DNA of 64,000 bases, from positions 24,924,001 to 24,988,000 of the forward strand of contig NC_043017.1 in assembly GCF_006345805.1 (NCBI RefSeq), in the 5' to 3' direction. The position numbers and the translations under genes are program-made. The notes under the pieces are model-generated. The model was not told the DNA's origin. It searched no databases and saw nothing but the letters and a program-made list of their open reading frames with translations. Shown piece after piece: positions 27,174 through 39,611 of this stretch. The stretch comes from Octopus sinensis. Lineage: Eukaryota. Position 1 is the stretch's first letter. The number at the start of each line of letters is the position of its first letter.

Positions 27174-27521
27174 TACTTATGTTCCCATAACATTTCAATG
27201 CAGCATAAAAATCTCAGAAAAAACCTGGTAGAATAAGTATCCGACTTAAGGCCTGGGATCATTTGCTTCAACTAAATCCTGCCAGGAAGTGCTTCAGCCT
27301 GGCCACAGTCCAATGATTGAAAGTAAAAGAAAGCTATATAGGTGCAGGAGTGGCTATGTGGTAAGTAGTTTGCTTACCAACCACATGGTTCTGGGTTCAG
27401 TCCCACTGCATGGCACCCTGGGCAGGTGTCTTCTACTAGAGCCTCAGACCGACCAATGCCTTGTGAGTGGATTTGGTAGATAGAAACTGAAAGAAGCCCA
27501 TTGTGTGTATATGTATATATA

Positions 27522-27574
<53 letters not shown>

Positions 27575-28362
27575 AGTAAAAGAATATATTGTCTAGCACT
27601 TTTTTTTTTTTTAAATGTAAGAATGTTATTTAAGGGAAATTTGGCTGCTGTTTCTAACAAGTCAAGCAACCATGTACAAGCTCACTCATCAGCTCATAAT
27701 TCATAGGCTGTGTATGGTGTGGGTCTGAAAACAGTGTATGGTACTTAAGATACTGAAGGGTAATATGCTTACACTAACTTAACTATTATTTTTTCATGCA
27801 GATGGTGTCTTTTATTTAATTTCTGAACGACTGCATTTCATTACACCAACCAATGTACAGTCTTGTATAATTATAATTATGTAGTGATTTATTCAACTTT
27901 ACTTTGGCAAATATGGCAGAGGTGACAGTGGAAGTTGTGCTTCGATGACATCAGAATAAGGCTGAAACCTGCATGAAGCTTTTTATAGTATTTGCTGGAA
28001 CCATGACTGTAATATTGGCCATTGATGGGGACCCTGTCCAAACAATGGGCTTCTTTCAGTTTCTCTCTACCAAATCCATCTCAAGGCTTTTGGCCCAGGA
28101 TTATAGTAGAAGACACTTACCTAAGGTGCCGTCTTGTGGAACTGAACACGAAACCATGGGGTTGGGAAGCAAGCTTCTCAACCACACAGCTATGCCTGTA
28201 TACATTAAGATAAATGATTTTGTCACTTTTTCTTCTCACCTTCATCTATCTATGTTGTCAATGTATAGACAAATATAACAGGTTTTAAGAGCATAATTAA
28301 ATATGGTGTTCTATGGAGTGTTACATTCTGTTCTATAGTCAATAATCTGCTATATGACAATA

Positions 28363-28365
<3 letters not shown>

Positions 28366-28404
<39 letters not shown>

Positions 28405-28598
28405 TGTGTGTGTGTGTGGGGTGGTGAGTGTATGTATGTAAGTATGTGTGTATGTATGTATGTATGTATGTGTGTATGTATGTGTGTATAAAAGTATGCA
28501 TATGTGTGTGTGTATATATATATGTGTGTGTGTATATATATATGTGTGTGTACATATGTGTGTGTGTGTGTGTATATATATGTGTGTGTGTGTACATA

Positions 28599-28648
<50 letters not shown>

Positions 28649-28895
28649 TATATCCTACAGTCAATCTTCTGCTATATGACAATATGAAAGAGAGAAAGAG
28701 TGAGTGTGTGTATATAAATGTATATATGTGTGTATATAAGTATGTGTGTGTGTATATATATATGTGTATATGTATATGTGTAATTATGTATGTGTATATA
28801 TGTGTGTGTGTATGTATTTGTGTGTGTGTGTGTGTATATATATATATGTATATATATATAATGTATGTATGTATATGTGTGTGTATATCTACATA
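28366..28895. repeat. Compound (GA)/(TG)/(TA)/(TATG) microsatellite
   Basis: Direct inspection. Confidence 0.95.
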
Positions 28896-29715
28896 CACTT
28901 CGAATATCTAAATACAAATACACTCCATCACTCACATACACTCAGCCTTGTATTCATTCATATATACTCGTATACCTTCACATCCTACCACTCTTGTGCA
29001 CTGAGGTGCACTCACACATCAATATGCACTTACTTGCAATCATGTGCACTGCAGCGCACCCACGCACACAACAACCCCATCGATTTCCAATGGATTCGGA
29101 TGTGTTGCGTGAACACGTCAATCTGATTGTATACATGCGATCTTAAGAAGGTAGTAGCTGAGCCTTGGATGCGGTGGTCAGTCCATGAGAGAAAGTTGAT
29201 TATACTGGTCATGTGGTGTGGTGTGCTGATGAGTAATGTGCCTGGACGTTGAGTGCTGGCTGTCAAGAGACGGGGATAGCAACAGACAGGCGGCAGAAAG
29301 CTTGAACATGCATTAAGATTAAATGTTAGTATGTTAGATAGGCCCAGCTGATGGAATGATCAGATGGATCAGTATTGGTTGTTGTTGTTATGTAGTCTGT
29401 TTTACCCATGGCAACAGGGCAAAAGAGCATGTTAAAACTGGTGGTGGTGGTGGTGATGATGATGATGATGATGATGATGAAGGCAGACTTATGTTTTAGT
29501 GTATAATTAATTTATTCAGCTGATGCTGTGTGTACACCAACATATGTGGTACCAGCAACACACACACACAGACACACGTATTTGTACACACACACACACA
29601 CACATATATATACAGATAAAGGGTGAAGTATAATTAATTTAATAAAAATCAATAAATTTCACCTAAAAGTATTTCGGTATGAAAAAAGGACCATATTCGG
29701 TAAACATTTATATAA

Positions 29716-29851
29716 TTATAATAATAAGGGTTTTTTGCAACAAGTTGCTTAAACCACATACATTTAGAAATAGTAGTCCTTTGACTGCTATTTCTAATAT
29801 TTTCGGTACGTGGTTTAAGCAACTTGTTGCAAAAAACCCTTATTATTATAA
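29716..29851. repeat. Inverted repeat (foldback) in a TA-rich context
   Basis: TATAATAATAAGGGTTTTTTGCAACAAGTTGCTTAAACCAC is mirrored exactly at the right end; inner stem TTAGAAATAGTAGTC / GACTGCTATTTCTAA. Confidence 0.9.
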
Positions 29852-29883
<32 letters not shown>

Positions 29884-30681
29884 TATATATACACACACAT
29901 GCATGTACACATATGTACACACAGATACACAAATATACATACATACTGAGTATTGTATGTGTTTTACTTGTTTCAGTTGGACTGCTACCAAGCTGGGGCA
30001 CCACCTTGCTGACTTTTAATCAAATCAATTAACTCCACTTATTATTTTTTTAAGCTTGGTACTTATTTTATCGGTCTCTTTTGCTGGACTGCTATGTTAC
30101 TATAATAGAACATATGTAAGAACTATCTCAAATACCATGAAAGGAAGCAGATTATAGACATCAGAAGCAGCAGAATGCTAGACTAAATAGCTCCAAGCCA
30201 GCCTTGATCCAGTAGACTTGTAATCAAACGAGTTCTATTGATGGCAATCTAGAGTGAATTGCAGAATTTAGTCATTGTTAAGCGCCAGGTTTGTTTTGAT
30301 CATTTACAACAAAAGCTGTTTTAGCCATGATCTTGCAATTTTTCAGTAATGCATAGCTGACCTTGGACTACATTATCCAATATGTCTTTCTTGTATTTTA
30401 GAAAGACAACTGTGATTTAGAGGCAGGTATAAAAGGATTTGACTGTTATTTCTAGTATGTTGAAAGACCACATATAGGCTATTGCATTGGCTTGTGCAGT
30501 ATTTAATTTAAGTTCCTCTGTGTTCAAATCCTACCTAGCTTGATTTTATTTTGCTTCTGTCTGCTGAGTTTTATAAATCAGGTACCATACCAGTCAAATG
30601 CTGTGGATGAATTGAAATTAATATTCAGATTGTGTAAAAATACAAAAAAAAAAAAAAATCTAAAAGAATTAAAATACATAC

Positions 30682-31083
30682 TCTTTTTTTTTTACTCTTT
30701 TACTTGTTTCAGTCATTTTGCTGGAGCACCGCCTTTAGTCGAGCAAATCGACCCCGGGACTTATTCTTTGTAAGCCCAGTACTTATTCTATCGGTCTCTT
30801 TTGCCGAACCGCTAAGTGACGGGGACGTAAACACACCAGCATCGGTTGTCAAGCAATGCTAGGGTGACAAACACAGACACACAAACATATACACATACAT
30901 ATATATATATACATATATACGGCAGGCTTCTTTCAGTTTCTGTCTACCAAATCCACTCACAAGGCATTAGTCGGCCCGGGGCTATAGCAGAAGACACTTG
31001 CCCAAGATGCCACGCAGTGGGACTGAACCCGGGACCATGTGGTTGGTTAGCAAGCTACTTACCACACAGCCACTCCTGCGCCT
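30682..31083 (-). mobile_element. Family A SINE, young copy
   Basis: Near-identical reverse complement of 3842-4241, sharing diagnostic variants (GCTAACCAACC, TGCTATAGCCCCGGG). Confidence 0.9.
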
Positions 31084-31624
31084 AATTAAAATGATTTATT
31101 TATTTCTCTGCATCGAGAGGTCACAGCTTCTTTACTATGTGGACATGTGGTTAGAATATCACAAGAAAGGATTGCAAGACAATTGGTCGGAGACCTAGGA
31201 TTAGACCAAGATTGAGATGGTTGGGTCATCATGCTCATTTAATGTCCAATGTCCATGTCGGCATGGGTTGGACAGTTTGGCCAGGGCTGGTAAGCTGAGA
31301 GGCTTAATCAAACTCCAGTCTGATTTGGCATGGTTTCTACGGCTGGTTGCTCTTCTTAATGCCAACCGCTTCAAGAGCATAATAGGTGCTTTTACATGCC
31401 ACCGGCGTGGGTGCCAGTTGTGTGACACCAGTATCTGCCACGACTACAATTTCACTTGGTTTGTTGAGTCGTCTCAAGCATGGCATATTGCTAAATGTCT
31501 CTGTCATTGCCTCTGGGAGGCCAAACATTCGAAAGGTGCCTTTTACGTGTCACTGGCACAGGTGCTAGTTACATGACACTGGCTCAGCCACATCGCCTGA
31601 TATAGATAAAAAAAAAACAAAAAG

Positions 31625-31950
31625 GAACTGGTGCTCCATCGGTTATGATGACAAAGATTCCAGGTGTTTCTGATCAGTGGAACAGCTTGCTCATGAAATT
31701 AACGTGCAAGTGGCTGAGCACTCCACAGACACGTGTACCCTTAACATAGATCTCAGGGAGATTCAGCATGACACATAATGTGACAAAGCCGGCCCTTTGA
31801 ATTACAGGTTCTACTCATTTTCACCAGCTGAGTGGATTAGAGCAAAGTGAAATAAAGTACTTTGCTCAAGAACACAGCGCACCACTGGGTAATGAACTCA
31901 CAACCTAACGATAGTGAGCAATATACATTAACCACTATGCCACACATCCT
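31625..31950 (-). mobile_element. Family F tRNA-derived SINE; others at ~7370-7903, ~13260-13555 (related head) and ~33290-33785
   Basis: Minus strand head GTGGCATAGTGGTTAA..., then GTGTTCTTGAGCAAAGTACTTTATTTCAC...CTCAGCTGG; colinear with the other copies. Confidence 0.75.
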
Positions 31951-34900
31951 CCCTAATATGCATATTCTCAGTTGGATGTGCTTGGGAATCCAGATGGAAA
32001 ATATGACAGTTGCTTCTGACAGGACCCTAGAGATGAGGTGCCTGTGGACTCTACCCAGACAGCCATCCCAGGAATATTAGATAGCGGGTATAGATGGATG
32101 AATGGCTCAATTATAGTTTTTTTTTCTCTTTATTTTGGAGTCTAAATACTAGCTCAGCCATTTCTTGTTGTTTAGTTCTAGATGGGTTCAATATCACATC
32201 CATTCTGTTCTTATTCTTCAGATGCAGTGAAAGTGGAAGCATGTGCCATTGTGGTTAGCATGCTGTACTCTCAATCTTATGATCATGGTTTCAGTTCTTG
32301 GACCGGGCGGTGAATTGTGTTCTTGAGCAAAGCACTTCATTTCACATCAATCCAGTCCATTCTGCTGTAAATGAGTTACAGTAATAACTGGGAAGTTAAC
32401 CCTGTGATGGACTGACATCCCATTCAGGATTGAGGTGTGTGTTGCAATCTGTCACCATGGAAACCAGGTTATACTTCAGCTTTGTTTCCTAGGGCTCATT
32501 ACAGACCTAAGTCAAAATTGGACATAGTCTACCTAGAAGTACATTACTTTTATCAAGTTTTTTAAAGACATTAGAGTCTTAAAAAGAGAGATTTCACTGT
32601 TATTTCTAGCAAGTTGTATGATCATATAGAGACACCCTCATTTGCTAAAGCTAAATAGAGAGCTTTTTTTTTTAGAGCCAATTAGGTGAGACTTCATCTA
32701 TTTTGTTTTAATTAATTTGTAGTTAACCTATTTCATCTAATGTTTTTTTATTTTTTTCCTTTTCTTAGTTTGCCTTCATTGCTTAACTAATTAACTCAGC
32801 TTGGCTACAACAGTCCATTATACAGAGATGCATAATGGTAGTTAGGGTGGTTGACCCTTAGGGCCAATTAACAACAATAATAATAAAATACACACATGTA
32901 TGCAGCTATACATACACAGAGCTATACACATGCATACACACGTGCACAGCTATACAGCTATATACAAGCACACTTCCATACACACACACAGCTACACAGT
33001 TATACACACACACAGCTACACAGTTATACAACACGCGCACCAAGCACAAGGTTTCACTTTCTAAAACCCAATAAAATTTTTATTAGCCAATCATCCAAAA
33101 TCCCTTGTCTTTGTTTGCTTTAAGTTTGGCCATAATTCTTTACTGCCAGCCTAAGCATTTGCATTCATGCAGCAAATTCCATCCCTCCTCATAATCTGTA
33201 TTTCATACTCAGAAGCTGCAGCCTTCACTCTCTGTCAAGATCGACATAGTAACATGTACCATGCTTTCGCTAATTGCCATTGGTAATTGGCTCTCCATTG
33301 GTTAGGATTACAAGTGTTCTAGTGGATCTGATCAAATGTGCAGCCTGCTTGAGAAATTAACATGCAAGTAGCTGAGCACTCCACAGACACATGTACCCTT
33401 ACTGTTGTTATCTAATACCTTTATCAAGTTTTTAAAGACATTAGAGTGTCTTAAAAAGAGAGATTTCACTGTTATTTCTAGCAAGTTGTGTGATCATATA
33501 GAGATACACTCCTTTGCTGAAGCCAAATTGAGAGCATTTACTTTTTTAGAGTCAATTAGGTGAGACTTCATTCTGTCTTAATTAATTTGTCGTTAACCTA
33601 TTTCAGTGTGGCACAGAATGTGACAGGGCTGGTCCTGGTACAACTCACTTTTGCCAGTTGAGTGGACTGGTGCAACGTGAAATAAAGTGTCTTGCTCAAG
33701 GACACAGTATGCTGCCAGTAATCAAACTCCTAACCTTACTGTTGCAAGCCAAATACTCTAACCATTAAGCCACGCACCTTCACAATTACCTTAGGTACCC
33801 ATGTAGTAGTCATGAGCAGAAAGAGATACTCCCTTGACCTTCTCATGGTTGATCTCTAGCAGAACATTCAGACTGTAGCAGCTGAAAGAGGAGAGGGATT
33901 CCCTAACATAAGATTGGTCCTGGTCCTTTATTAGCCCTAGAAAAGATGTACAGGAAAGTTGAACTCAATGGGATTTGAACTCAGAACGAGGCATAGAGCT
34001 GGAACAGATATTGCAATATATTTAAGTCAGTGCTCTAAAGACTCTGCCAACTGATCATCAGAATCATAATTGTCATTTGATGTTTACTTTTCCATGCTTG
34101 CATGGATCAGATGGAATTTGTTGAGGCATATTTTCTGTTAAGGCAGATGCCCTTCCTGTTCCCAATCACTATCTGTTTCCAAGCAAGCTACTATTTCCTA
34201 AGAGCTAAACTTGTATTTCACAAAAGGCTGGAAACAAACAGCATCACTTGTATGACAGAGGTGCTCATTTACTACCATCGCATGATGGCAAAACAAGGGT
34301 GTACACACACATGCACAATGGACTTCTTCCAGTTACTGTCTACCAAATCCACTCACAAAGCTTTGGTTAGCCCAGAGCTATAGAAGACACTTGCCCCAGG
34401 TGCTGCACTGTGGGACTGAAACTGTGACCCCCCCCACACACGCTCATGTATACAATAAAGGCTTTTAATGAAATTGAAGCAAAGGGTTTGTCTCATGGCT
34501 TAAGTTGCATTCATTGCAATTTTATGGTGTAACAGGCAGAATGTTTTACCTGAAGATCAGTTGTGTGAAACCTGTTGCTTGAATTTCAACTGAAAGCAAT
34601 AGCGTCTGAAATGTGTATTGAGCATTCTTTTCTCAATTGCTTGACATAGAGCAATGAATGTACACACACACACACACCCATTCTGTTAATGTGATATAAC
34701 TAGTTGCTGTATCATCTACTTAGTCATTTAACTATTTTTAAATATCTGATTTCAATAACGTCTCCATTCAAATTTAAACTTGTTATTATATTCTTTTGTT
34801 AAAAGATTTGTTTTTTTAAAACTTTTATTTTGCTTAAGAAAAATACATTATGAAATTATGGCTTTTTTTTATCATGAAACAAGTGTTTGGTTGTTTGTGA

Positions 34901-35367
34901 ATGTACATCTGCTAGAGTTTATTACTTTTTTTTTTCGGTTGGTGGTGGTTCAACTGTTGTCAGCGTAATTTCCCTCTTAACGTTGTGGCACCATTACCTC
35001 TGTGCACACCTGTTGACATTATGAATAAGTGGTGGGTAGAAGACTCCTCTATAAATAGCTGAAATGCAATGTAGGTCAGAGTCAAAGGTTGACACCCAGA
35101 GGCATACACACAGCCATATTGGGAAATTACTTGCTTCTATGGGGGTAGTTTTTCTTTTGGTTTTTGTTTTAGTCATTAGACTGTGGCCATGCTGGGGCAC
35201 TACCTTGAAGAATTTTTAATGGAATTAATCAACCCCAGTACTTATTTTTTGTTAAGCCTAATAAATATTCTATTGGTCTCTCTTGCTGAACTGCTAAGTT
35301 ACAGGAACATAAACACACCAACACCAGTTATCAAGTGGTGGTGGGGTGGAAACATACAGACACAAGG

Positions 35368-35401
<34 letters not shown>

Positions 35402-36334
35402 CCACATACATATGATGGGCTTCTTTCAGTTTCCCTCTACCAAATCCACTCTCAAGGCTTTGGTCGGCCCTAAGTTATAGTAGAAAACACTTTCCCAAGG
35501 TGTCATGCAGTGGGACTGAACCTGGAACCTTGTAGTTGTGAAGCAAGCTTCTTACCACACAGCCATGTCTGCAGCTGGCGTAGAGAACCTTTTTGAGATT
35601 AAGTGGGTTAATGGCAAATGCATTTTAACTTGTAGGGGCCCAATTATTCCAAGGAAAATAAGGGATCCTTAATTTTACAAATTCATAATGATGTTACTCA
35701 TGTTAAATTACTGTCTTGATCCATGGTTCTCAACCATTTTCTTCCTATGAACCCATTTAGTTATTGTTTTATCCGAGGAAAGTCCCCATAGCCATTTTAT
35801 GTCTAAAAATTCCCATTATATTTTTATGATTAAATATTAATAGGAATTGTATAAAAAAAATTGTTTAAATATTTTGTGTATTGTGGAAGCCTAACCAGTT
35901 TATTGTACACAAAAATTTTAACAGCAAAATCTTATATGGACCCCAATTGATAATTACTGCTCTTAATCTTTTTTACCAGATTTTACCAGTGGCCTGTTTC
36001 AAATATGAATGTAGAAAAATTTCATGAGTGGGTGCTCCATCCGGCTTTAGATATGGCTTCTATGCAGTTTTTTTTTGATACACTAGAAATAGCTGCCAAA
36101 TTTCCCCCAAATCACATACTACTGTTATAAATAAGTGAAGGTATGTTGTAGAGTGTAGTTATAAATATGCAGGTGATGGGATGTCCCCACTGAAATAACT
36201 TTGATCAAAGATTTGCTCAATCAAAATTTGTGTTATTCCTCTGGAAATCACTGTCTATCCATATTTTCCTGTCAACTTTCAGCTGTTGAAAAAAAAAAAA
36301 ACCCCTTTCTTCAAGCCTTTTCCCCCAATAATAA

Positions 36335-36667
36335 TAAGGGCACTCAGAGAGTGCAAATCCCCACCAAGGCAACACTAACATCCTCTCAATGATTAGCCAG
36401 AGATGATTTTTAAAATGAGAATATCTGAAATAAACTCGACTGCTCTCACAAACAAGAATACTAAAAATGAACCCAACTGCTCTCAAAAGTAAAAAAAAAA
36501 AACAAAACAAAAAAAACAGGAAAAATAATCCAGAATCCTTGTCTGGTACCAGGTCGAGGCCAAACATCCCTGAAAGTTTCATCCGAATCCGTTCTTGAGA
36601 TATCTTGTCCATAGACAAACAAACATGATTGAAAACAATACCTTCGTCTTCGCTACGGTGGAGGTAA
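36335..36667 (-). mobile_element. Helentron/DINE-1-like non-autonomous element; second partial copy at ~15182-15368
   Basis: Minus strand starts ATTACCTCC plus a hairpin, then a GTTTGTTTGTCT tract and GATGAAACTTTCAGG, with a subterminal CCTTGGTGG at the far end. Classification is from remembered architecture. Confidence 0.6.
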
Positions 36668-37064
36668 TCTTTATATATAAAAGTAAGGTTGTCTGTCTGT
36701 CTCCTACGATTTAGATTCCTAACTACTCCCACATTTTGCGGTGCAGTTTAAACAAAACCGGGTATCTTATAGTCGTGATTCATATCGAGCCCTTCTGGGT
36801 ATTAGCGCGTGTCTACGATGAGTCTACGATTTTAAAAATAATTTACCATAGTTTTTCCCCATTTTAATGCATTTTTTCGCTATTATATAAGGGAAGTAAC
36901 TCTCTAAAAATGTCTACGATGAGTCAACGATTTAAAAAAAAATTTACCATAATTTTTTTTCAATTTTGAATGCATTTTTTTGCTATTTTTTCGTTATAAC
37001 TCTCTAAAAATGCTTTATAGTTATTTCCCTTACAAACCCGAGCAACGCCGGGCGATACTGCTAG
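36668..37064 (+). mobile_element. Non-autonomous Helitron
   Basis: A|TC 5' end and CTAG|T 3' end, GC hairpin CCCGAGCAACGCCGGG (37037-52) 8 nt before CTAG, no TSD, internal ~100-bp direct repeat (36811-37012). Confidence 0.9.
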
Positions 37065-38741
37065 TAATAATATAAAAAGAAAACAGACTATAAATTCATA
37101 CACCATGTTAGAAATAATAGCCAGGTCTCCTTCAGCCTTACCATTCTTGAAAAATGTCACATTGAATAATGTGTAAATTAACGTAAAAGTTCATGTATAA
37201 TAATGCTACAATTTTATAATCGCAACTTTGATTTTGGGTGTAAATTCTTTAAAAAGTTAATAACATCATATTTTGCAGTGTTGCCCATTTAGGTACAAGA
37301 GCTGATAGAATGTGTTCAGATGTGTGGGAGAGAGAAAGAGGTGTTGCATAGCTGGCTATAAGAGTTAAGCTACTATAATCTGATATATTAATTTTTAATA
37401 GTTCATTTTATATGAAATGAATTTATATATATAGTCACTATTTGGTCTAGAGATACTCAGCTTGGAGGTGTCCCCAGAGACGATGAGGAAAATGGATTTT
37501 TGAAATGTTGCTTCTCAAATGCTTATGGATGGAAGCCAAAATGATTTCCTGTGGGGAAAATACCACAGAGGGTGGTAAACCTCCACTTGCAGACAATGGG
37601 GCCAAGAACAACCTGACGCCTGAGGAAGACTTTACACAGCAGATGGAATAGAAATGTGATGTGGAATCTGATGGATTTTAATGTGTGTGTGTTTATGTAC
37701 ACACACACACTTGTATGGAGTTCTTTTTCTGCTATTTGTTCCATGCTTTGCAACCCAGTGGTTTTGAGTTTCGTCCCACTGCATGACACCTTGGGCAAGT
37801 GTCTTCTTTTATAGTCCCAAAACAGCCAATGTCTTGTGAATGAATTTGGTAGATAGAAACTGTGTTGAAGCCCATTGTGTGTGTGTGTGTGTGTGTGTGC
37901 GCCCCCACCAACACTACCACCATCACCACTGGTGTTTGTTTGTTTGCATCCCTATAACTTACCAGTTGAGCAAAAGAGACTGATAGAATAACTACCAGAC
38001 TTTTCAAAAAATGTACTGGAGCCAACTATGCTAGAAATAGTAGCCAGATCTCCCTTAGCCTTACCATCTTAAAAAATGTCACATGGGATAATGCGAGAAT
38101 GAGTCTAAATGTTCATATATAATATTGCTACCATTTTATAATCATGGATTTGGTAGAAAGAAACTGTTGAAGCCCATTGTGTCTTTTTGTCTGTTTGTCC
38201 CCTATACAGCACGTCCCCAAAATACACCTTGATCAGCTCACAGCAGCACTTACCCAGACTGTGAGATGCAAGCATTTGGGGATGGTTATCTCCTATTTGA
38301 AAGTTGATTTGCGCCATTTGTCTACAGCAAGAAATTTTCTCCATAACAAAACACAGTGAATGGCTTGTCTATGAGTTTGAACCTGCTACTGGTATATTCA
38401 GGCTGGTAATAACATTGTATTTATACGCATCACTGCTTAGCACTCCCACCTCATAGTTATAAATGCTCTTCTACGTCAGCATAATTTTGTTATTAGATAC
38501 TGGTTTCCAATTTTTGACACAAGACCAGCAATTTTGGGCAGAGGGCAAGCTTGATTACATTGATGCCAGCACTCAACTGCTACCTATTTTATTGATCACG
38601 AAAAGAGGAAAGGCAAAGATGACTATGGTAGAATTTGAACTCCAAACATAAGGATGGATGACATGCTGCTCAGCATTTTTACTCAGCCTGCTAGCAGTTT
38701 TGCCAGTTCACCACCTCATGCTTACTAGATATTAGCACCTT

Positions 38742-38744
<3 letters not shown>

Positions 38745-38792
<48 letters not shown>

Positions 38793-38793
38793 T

Positions 38794-38842
<49 letters not shown>

Positions 38843-38916
38843 AAAATTAATATATACATATATATATATGTATGTATATAAATTAATATATATATATATA
38901 TATGTATGTATAAAAT

Positions 38917-38948
<32 letters not shown>

Positions 38949-39611
38949 ATATATGTATTATATATCTATGTATGTATATTTATGTATATATATATCTATG
39001 TATGTATATTTATGTATGTATATATATGTATATATATATGTGTGTATAATATATCTATGTGTGTGTGTGTATATATATATATATATGTATATGTATGTAT
39101 ATTTATGTATGTATATATATGTATGTATATTATGTGTGTATATATATATCTATGTGTGTGTGTATATATATATATATGTATATATGTATACACACATATT
39201 TGTTTTGTAAAAGTATTGTAATATGTTATAAAATATTATAATAATCCAGGTTTCTCGTATACTAGGCCACTTGGTGTTGAATAAATATACTATTAAATTA
39301 GTATCTAATTCTCTCACCCTTATTAATTAATTATATATATGTATATATATGTGTATATATATGTATATATCTATGTATGTATATATATGTATATATATGT
39401 ATAATATATATGTATATATACATGTAATATATGTGTATATATATGTATATATATGTATATATATATATGTATATATATGTAATATATATATGTATATATA
39501 TGTGTATATATATGTAATATATATATGTATATATATGTATATATTATATATATATAATATGTATATATATATATATATATGTATATATATTGTATATATA
39601 TATATGTATAT
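38745..39611. repeat. (TTA)n then two (TA)/(TG) microsatellite blocks upstream of the LINE
   Basis: Direct inspection; unique spacer at ~39200-39330. Confidence 0.93.

Noticed and set aside
34545-34580. CTGAAGATCAGTTGTGTGAAACCTGT, possible hammerhead remnant
   Set aside because: Stem II and the cleavage-site geometry do not fit.
37100-38143. Similar ~120-bp segments at 37100 and 38026
   Set aside because: Largely explained by a dispersed repeat family (CTAGAAATAGCAGCCAAATC...) also seen near 36083, 43105 and 43867; a local duplication cannot be separated from that.
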